A program made the position numbers and the translations under genes. The notes beneath the pieces are model-generated. The model did not search any database and was not told where the DNA came from. It was given only the letters and a program-made list of their open reading frames with translations. From a virus, in UHGV virus genome UHGV-0211726: a stretch of DNA of 39,805 bases; one strand, written 5' to 3'. Numbering within the stretch: position 1 is the stretch's first letter; each line of letters starts with the position of its first letter. Below, in pieces: positions 35,064 through 39,805 of this stretch.

Positions 35064-35939
35064 TTAATTCGAGTTCAGTAGTTGCTCTTCCAGAGAGTCC
35101 ATGTCGTATTCTCTGCGATCAAAGTTGTTTAGGTTTCTGCTTACTGGCGGTTTTGATTGTTTTTTCTTCTTTTCCGATCCTTCCGGTTCATTATCAAATT
35201 TACCTTCTAAAATCTTTTTTAAGTTCTGCTCTTTTATGATCCAGTTAAAATTCGCATTGAATTTATAATCCCCTTTACTTTCTTCACCTTTCAGGAATTT
35301 GCTGTTCTCCGCTTTTATAAATGCGGTTCTGATCTGGCTAAAGCTAAATTTCTTACAGGCTGCATCAATGTCTTCCTTCCTACTATCAGAAATACGCTCG
35401 ACTCTATCGAAACTCTTACAAATATCATTAAATGTGTCGGCGATCAGCTGATAGCTTATTTTGCTATCAGTCTTATCTCTTACTCTATCTCTATTCTCTA
35501 TCTCTATCTCTATCTCTGTGTTACACTTCTGCACATTGTTGTTACACTCTGTTACATTCGTGTTACATTGTAACGCCTTATTTTTTCTTGATGCCCTGAC
35601 ACGCTCCGCTGATTCCGATTCCGAGCAGATTAAAGACTGTGTTTCCATCATTAAAAATTCTGTTTCGGAACAGGGCTCAATAAGTCCTTGAGACAGTAGG
35701 TATTGTACAGTTACTTTCACATTGTCTGGATCTTCGTCTATTGTCAGGGCAATTTCTTCTGGAAAATTCTCTTCAATCCCCTCGAAAAACAGCTTTCCAC
35801 CATTGTTTAAACTCAGCAGCTGCATTTTTAAATAGATAATGGTATATGTATCACCACCAGCAATTTTCCGTAACTTTTTAATTTTGGGCTGTGTAAAAAA
35901 ATCTTTCTGTAGCTTAAGCCAGTAGTATCGTTTTGACAT
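35064..35939 (-). CDS. phage replisome organizer (N-terminal Phage_rep_org_N-like domain)
   Basis: N-terminal MSKRYYWLKLQKDFFTQPKIKKL is typical; internal iteron array. Confidence 0.65.
   Translation of the reverse strand: MSKRYYWLKLQKDFFTQPKIKKLRKIAGGDTYTIIYLKMQLLSLNNGGKLFFEGIEENFPEEIALTIDEDPDNVKVTVQYLLSQGLIEPCSETEFLMMETQSLICSESESAERVRASRKNKALQCNTNVTECNNNVQKCNTEIEIEIENRDRVRDKTDSKISYQLIADTFNDICKSFDRVERISDSRKEDIDAACKKFSFSQIRTAFIKAENSKFLKGEESKGDYKFNANFNWIIKEQNLKKILEGKFDNEPEGSEKKKKQSKPPVSRNLNNFDRREYDMDSLEEQLLNSN
35478..35574. repeat. candidate replication origin: (TCTATC/TCTC)n tract plus four GTTACA direct repeats at about 10-11 bp spacing and one inverted TGTAAC
   Basis: seen in sequence inside the organizer gene, as in Sfi21/TP901-1-type origins. 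Confidence 0.5.
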
Positions 35940-35943
35940 TAAA

Positions 35944-36306
35944 TCACAGCCTTTCTGTATCTATCTGCATTCCAGATTGGTATTCGCGGTATATTTGCAT
36001 CCAATCATCCAGCTCCATCGTAACAAGGATTTTATGATTGTTTTTCTTATGGAATACAGCAGGAAGATTTCCCGCTTTATTCGCTGCGGCATCTCTCTTT
36101 GCTTGATCCATCCAGTCATAAAGTCGCATCTGCTCTTGATGTTTCGCTTCCACATGAATTAAAGGAAGACCAACCACGTCTGAAGCATCGCCTGTATTTC
36201 CGCAGTATTGCGCTGTTCTGCGCGCTTCTTGATATCCATAATCGCGGAAGATACCAGCTAATTCCCGTTCAAATCTTGCGCCTTTCTTTTTACTGTTTAC
36301 TGCCAT
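35944..36306 (-). CDS. PD-(D/E)xK nuclease, putative Holliday-junction resolvase
   Basis: KKGARFERELAGIF...DVVGLPLIHVEAK motif pattern; start probably Met at 36306. Confidence 0.5.
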   Translation of the reverse strand: MAVNSKKKGARFERELAGIFRDYGYQEARRTAQYCGNTGDASDVVGLPLIHVEAKHQEQMRLYDWMDQAKRDAAANKAGNLPAVFHKKNNHKILVTMELDDWMQIYREYQSGMQIDTERL

Positions 36307-36415
36307 TTTCTTTCCTTTCTTTGTAGTGCAGGCAAGGTTCATCCTTTTCCTTGCCTTTGCACTCCCAAAATCTCTCGCAATGTATGCATTCTCTTGTTTT
36401 CTTCATGTGATCGCC

Positions 36416-36826
36416 CTACATGAACGGAAGTTCTTCATCAACTCCATCAGGGACGTTTTGGAATCCATCGTGGTCCGGCTGTCCATATTGCGGAGCAGAC
36501 TGTCCGCTGCTTCCCTTGCTTTCGCAGAACTCAAAACTATTCACGATCAACTGCATCCCGTAATGCCTCACGCCATCTCTTTCATAGTTGTTGTTTCTCA
36601 TTTCTCCTTCGATCAGCAACTTTGCTCCTTTCCCCACATTGCATTTTTCAAATGTTTCCGCAATCTTTCCGAATGCTACACACTGGAAAAAGTCAGCTTC
36701 TGGATCTCCGTCTCTCTTAAATCTGCGGTTTACGGCAAAATTAAAACTCGCTACTGCTTTCCCGTCATTTGTGTATCTCATTTCTATATCTGCCGTCAGT
36801 CGTCCGCATAAAATAATTTTATTCAT
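36416..36826 (-). CDS. ssb: single-stranded DNA-binding protein
   Basis: OB-fold N-terminus, Gly/Gln-rich tail and acidic C-terminal DEELPFM. Confidence 0.85.
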   Translation of the reverse strand: MNKIILCGRLTADIEMRYTNDGKAVASFNFAVNRRFKRDGDPEADFFQCVAFGKIAETFEKCNVGKGAKLLIEGEMRNNNYERDGVRHYGMQLIVNSFEFCESKGSSGQSAPQYGQPDHDGFQNVPDGVDEELPFM

Positions 36827-36839
36827 ATCAATTCACCTC

Positions 36840-37685
36840 TTAATTTCCAAACAATGCCGCTGCTGCACTCTGTCCTCTTTCGGAAGATTCGGTTTTTTCT
36901 TCCTGCGACTGTTCCATGTCAATAATCTCCGCATCGCTATCGTTATCGACGTATGTTTTTGTTCCGTCATCGTTTATCACTGCCATATCTGCATCCATTG
37001 CCGACATCATATCGATAGACATGATTCCCCATTTAGAGATCAGCTGACGCAGCATAGTTTTATATGCCATTCCGTCAAAGTCCTTTTCCCAGAACGTGTA
37101 TCCCTTTTTCGCCTGATATCCTTTGGAATACTTTAATGCATGGGCTTCCATTTTCTTTTTGCTCCAATAGATCGCCTTTTTAAACCCATTCGTATACTCA
37201 AACATTGCATAATATCCAATGGTTTCAGCCTGTTCTCTTGCTTCTTCATCCTCAATCAGATGTACCTCAATCTCTTCATTCAAAGGATCAAAACGAACAA
37301 GCTCGCCCTCTTTGATCGCCAGTACGTTCAGTTTTTTGTACTGTCCGGAACGGATAGCAAGCTGGATATACCCTTTGTATCCAAGCTGGAACTGCGCCAC
37401 CTTGCCTTTGTTTCTGTCATTAAACGGTACGAGGTAATACTGTCCCAACTGCGGAGACGGTGAAAGGTTCAGCGACTCCCCAAGCAGCGCACCGGAAAGG
37501 ATCGATTGATTCGTGCATTCCTGTAATGCTGCATTGTTATTTACAGCCGATACAATTGCGGAAATAAATCTCTGTCCGCTCTTTCCACCGATCACATTGT
37601 TGATCTGGTTTTTAACTGCTTCCTGTGTTAAATATGCTGCGATTCCTGTGCTTTTTCTTGCTGTTAAGCTATTTCCTACTGCCAT
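36840..37685 (-). CDS. recT: RecT-family single-strand annealing recombinase
   Basis: 281 aa; conserved RecT core (...QFQLGYKGYIQLAIRSGQYKKLN...). Confidence 0.8.
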   Translation of the reverse strand: MAVGNSLTARKSTGIAAYLTQEAVKNQINNVIGGKSGQRFISAIVSAVNNNAALQECTNQSILSGALLGESLNLSPSPQLGQYYLVPFNDRNKGKVAQFQLGYKGYIQLAIRSGQYKKLNVLAIKEGELVRFDPLNEEIEVHLIEDEEAREQAETIGYYAMFEYTNGFKKAIYWSKKKMEAHALKYSKGYQAKKGYTFWEKDFDGMAYKTMLRQLISKWGIMSIDMMSAMDADMAVINDDGTKTYVDNDSDAEIIDMEQSQEEKTESSERGQSAAAALFGN

Positions 37686-37700
37686 TTTTCTTCTCCTTTT

Positions 37701-37889
37701 CTATTTCACTAAATTTTCTAACGTTGTTTTTATTCCTTTAAATCCACCAGTTTCAAGATACACTCTTGTGTCAAAGAAAATCAGTTCGCTTGTTTCTTTG
37801 TTAAATCCGGCAGAAACACCGTTTTTAATGCAAACATTCTTTAATAACATCAGCACCACTTCAAGCTCTTGTTTTGTCTCTTCATTCAT
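37701..37889 (-). CDS. hypothetical protein (62 aa)
   Basis: ORF in the operon. Confidence 0.35.
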   Translation of the reverse strand: MNEETKQELEVVLMLLKNVCIKNGVSAGFNKETSELIFFDTRVYLETGGFKGIKTTLENLVK

Positions 37890-37899
37890 TCTTCTACTC

Positions 37900-38901
37900 C
37901 TAAATCAATCCTATTTCACCGAAAAGCTCTCTTGCTCCGTCATCTTCTTTTGCAATTTCTGAAATTCCCATATTGTAATAATTCTGAAACACTTTGCTAA
38001 TCAAATACTTCGAATCTTCTGAAATTGTAGCTGGCTTATATTTAATTCCTCTTACTGCAAAATAATTCGCCAAGTTCTGTGCATCCATTACCGTTAAATT
38101 TGCCGCAAATGCTACCCACTGCCGTTCAACGCATTTTCCCATGTCTGTTTCCGGTGGATTCATGCATTCTTCAAAAGATTTTGCATCTGTAAATCCAATC
38201 TGTCCGGGAAGATCATCTTCTTTCTTCTGGAACTCTGCTGCCTTTTTCGCTTCCTTCTCCGCTTTCAATCTTGCCTGCTCTGCTTCATGTTCTGCTTTTT
38301 TCTTCTGGATTTCTGCAAGTCGCTGCCCTTCACTTAACGCCCTGTTGATATCCAGAGTGGATTTATAGACTTCTAATGCTTCAAAGCCAAATTCCGGCAA
38401 TCTCGAAAGCGTATCCACATCTTTCTCCACGCTTGTGATAAATGCATTCATAACATCTTCGATGGACCTCATGGATGTTGTCTTATTTAACCATCTACTG
38501 TCAAAAATACATTCCAAAGAAATTTCGAACGGTGTTGATTTACTGTTCCAGAGTTCCTCGATTTGCTTCCGTTTTTCCTGCTTCTCGTACTCTTCAAATT
38601 CCTTAATTTGCTTATCAATAAGGTTAATAGGATCGTTAATAAGCTTAATTAAGGCGTTAATTTGAGTCTTAAATTCGTTAAATGGCTCTAAATAAGCCTT
38701 TTCCAGTCTTATTCTTTCGTCATTTAAGGCTTTTTTCAGCTTATTTAAGCTTGCTTTATCTGATTTAGCATCCTTAATTTGCTCTCCGGTGTACACTAAA
38801 TTACTGTGGTCTTCTACTATTTTCTGTATTTCTGACCTTAATTCTTCATAATTAAATGTAATTTTCTCCGGCATTTTCACTTCATTGACTCTTAATTCCA
38901 T
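37900..38901 (-). CDS. DUF1351-family protein (commonly paired with RecT/exonuclease in Firmicutes phages)
   Basis: 333 aa, coiled-coil-rich, between the YqaJ and RecT genes. Confidence 0.45.
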   Translation of the reverse strand: MELRVNEVKMPEKITFNYEELRSEIQKIVEDHSNLVYTGEQIKDAKSDKASLNKLKKALNDERIRLEKAYLEPFNEFKTQINALIKLINDPINLIDKQIKEFEEYEKQEKRKQIEELWNSKSTPFEISLECIFDSRWLNKTTSMRSIEDVMNAFITSVEKDVDTLSRLPEFGFEALEVYKSTLDINRALSEGQRLAEIQKKKAEHEAEQARLKAEKEAKKAAEFQKKEDDLPGQIGFTDAKSFEECMNPPETDMGKCVERQWVAFAANLTVMDAQNLANYFAVRGIKYKPATISEDSKYLISKVFQNYYNMGISEIAKEDDGARELFGEIGLI

Positions 38902-38914
38902 GTTTTTCTCTCCT

Positions 38915-39574
38915 TTATCTTCTTATTACATCCGGAAGGATAAGCGGCGGGCATTCATCTCGCTCCACGTATCCCCAGAATCGTTTTCCTTCTTTCATCA
39001 GGTATTCCATATCTTCTTTCACATCTTTCCGTTCAAAATGGTAATGTTTTGTTTGAACGAATACCTCACCAGCATATTCACTTTTTAGCTGCGCTTTTAA
39101 CTCGCAAAAATCAGCCTCAAGAACTGCCATATACAGCAAGCACTGGCAATAATAATGATCCGGGATCTGGTGGTCCCATCTCTTTCTCATATTTCCGTTT
39201 AAAATGTTCGTTGTCTTACATTCCCAGATTCCGAGTCTCCCATCTCCATCGAAAAGCCAACCATCTACTGAAGCCTGCGCCCAGGGATATTTATCATTTC
39301 GAAAACTGTTGTTTTCCTCATATCTCACTTGGTATTCTGGAAAGTCCAGCCGGAAGAGTTCTCTTAATAATGGCTCTGCCTGTGTACCATATTTAATATA
39401 AGGAAGATTTGAAATGTCTTTTGCTTCCTTTCTTCCAGTTTTCAACTCCCACAACTCCACATTTGTCATGTACGGATTCTTCCCGATTACAGCGGCGATT
39501 TCAGAACCGCCGATTCCATTTTTTCTATTTTTAAGCCACTCTTCATGGTTGCTAAGTATTGTTTTTGTAATCAT
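38915..39574 (-). CDS. YqaJ-like viral recombinase-domain exonuclease
   Basis: GIGGSEIAAVIG motif; start probably Met at 39574 (RBS GAGGAAAAG); the ORF stays open to 39655. Confidence 0.75.
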   Translation of the reverse strand: MITKTILSNHEEWLKNRKNGIGGSEIAAVIGKNPYMTNVELWELKTGRKEAKDISNLPYIKYGTQAEPLLRELFRLDFPEYQVRYEENNSFRNDKYPWAQASVDGWLFDGDGRLGIWECKTTNILNGNMRKRWDHQIPDHYYCQCLLYMAVLEADFCELKAQLKSEYAGEVFVQTKHYHFERKDVKEDMEYLMKEGKRFWGYVERDECPPLILPDVIRR

Positions 39575-39623
39575 TTGACTTTTCCTCAAATTTTCTCTAT
39601 ACTTTAACTGGTTTAATTTCTTG

Positions 39624-39665
39624 AGTGCTTGAGGGTTGCCGCCCTGTGACAGCACTCTTTTTTAA
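39624..39665 (+). terminator. hairpin GAGTGCT...AGCACTC with inner AGGG/CCCT stem, followed by TTTTTTAATA on +
   Basis: seen in sequence; no obvious + strand gene upstream. Confidence 0.3.
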
Positions 39666-39805
39666 TACCCAACCACCAGATACCACGCCAGAATCACCAA
39701 GATAAACCCGATCACAGCTACTGCAACCTTATGCCAGTAGGGCTTGTCCTTTTCCGGCAATTCAACCGATACGGAGCGGATATCCCAACTGTTTAAAGCG
39801 TTCGG
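39662..39805 (-). CDS. partial (3' end) membrane protein gene running off the window
   Basis: C-terminal ...KPYWHKVAVAVIGFILVILAWYLVVGY-stop. Confidence 0.4.
   Translation of the reverse strand, partial: PNALNSWDIRSVSVELPEKDKPYWHKVAVAVIGFILVILAWYLVVGY

Noticed and set aside
36326-36811. 161-aa + strand ORF
   Set aside because: Antisense to the well-supported ssb gene.

Overview
The whole 39.8-kb window looks like a temperate siphovirus genome from a Firmicutes/Clostridia-type host; no host genes are visible. On the + strand, 2.9-7.4 kb carries a lysogeny module: a Cro-like gene diverging from a cI-like XRE repressor, an ImmA/IrrE metallopeptidase, a DUF4041/T5orf172 protein and a large serine integrase. 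A candidate attP lies just downstream of the integrase. Everything from 7.8 kb to the end runs on the - strand: lysis genes (holin, Amidase_2 endolysin), tail (Flg_new receptor-binding protein, Tal, Dit, tape measure, G/T chaperones, major tail), head-tail joining genes, and a head module (collagen-like protein, major capsid, scaffold, a Prp-like protease, MuF-like protein, portal, TerL, TerS). Upstream of these on the - strand come a tRNA-Lys, a late-regulator region, accessory genes (YopX, DUF551, Cys-rich peptides), a replisome organizer with internal iterons, a resolvase-like nuclease, SSB, RecT, DUF1351 and a YqaJ exonuclease. The Bro and Rha antirepressors at the window start continue this leftward early operon. 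Because the integrase and a presumptive attP sit directly beside the lysis genes, this appears to be the unintegrated (circular or permuted) phage form rather than an integrated prophage. The most notable signals are: (1) a ~70-nt element, conserved after both the major capsid and major tail genes, whose sequence pattern suggests a programmed -1 frameshift giving a ~24-aa basic extension on each protein; (2) a phage-encoded Prp-like cysteine protease together with an L27-like 'LQLFA' motif at the N-termini of capsid, scaffold and major tail proteins; (3) a two-gene + strand moron with its own consensus promoter and terminator inside the antirepressor region; (4) a consensus sigma-A promoter running straight into an intrinsic terminator, followed by a tRNA-like fragment and tRNA-Lys, ahead of the packaging operon; (5) a small promoter-driven ORF between the lysin and attP.
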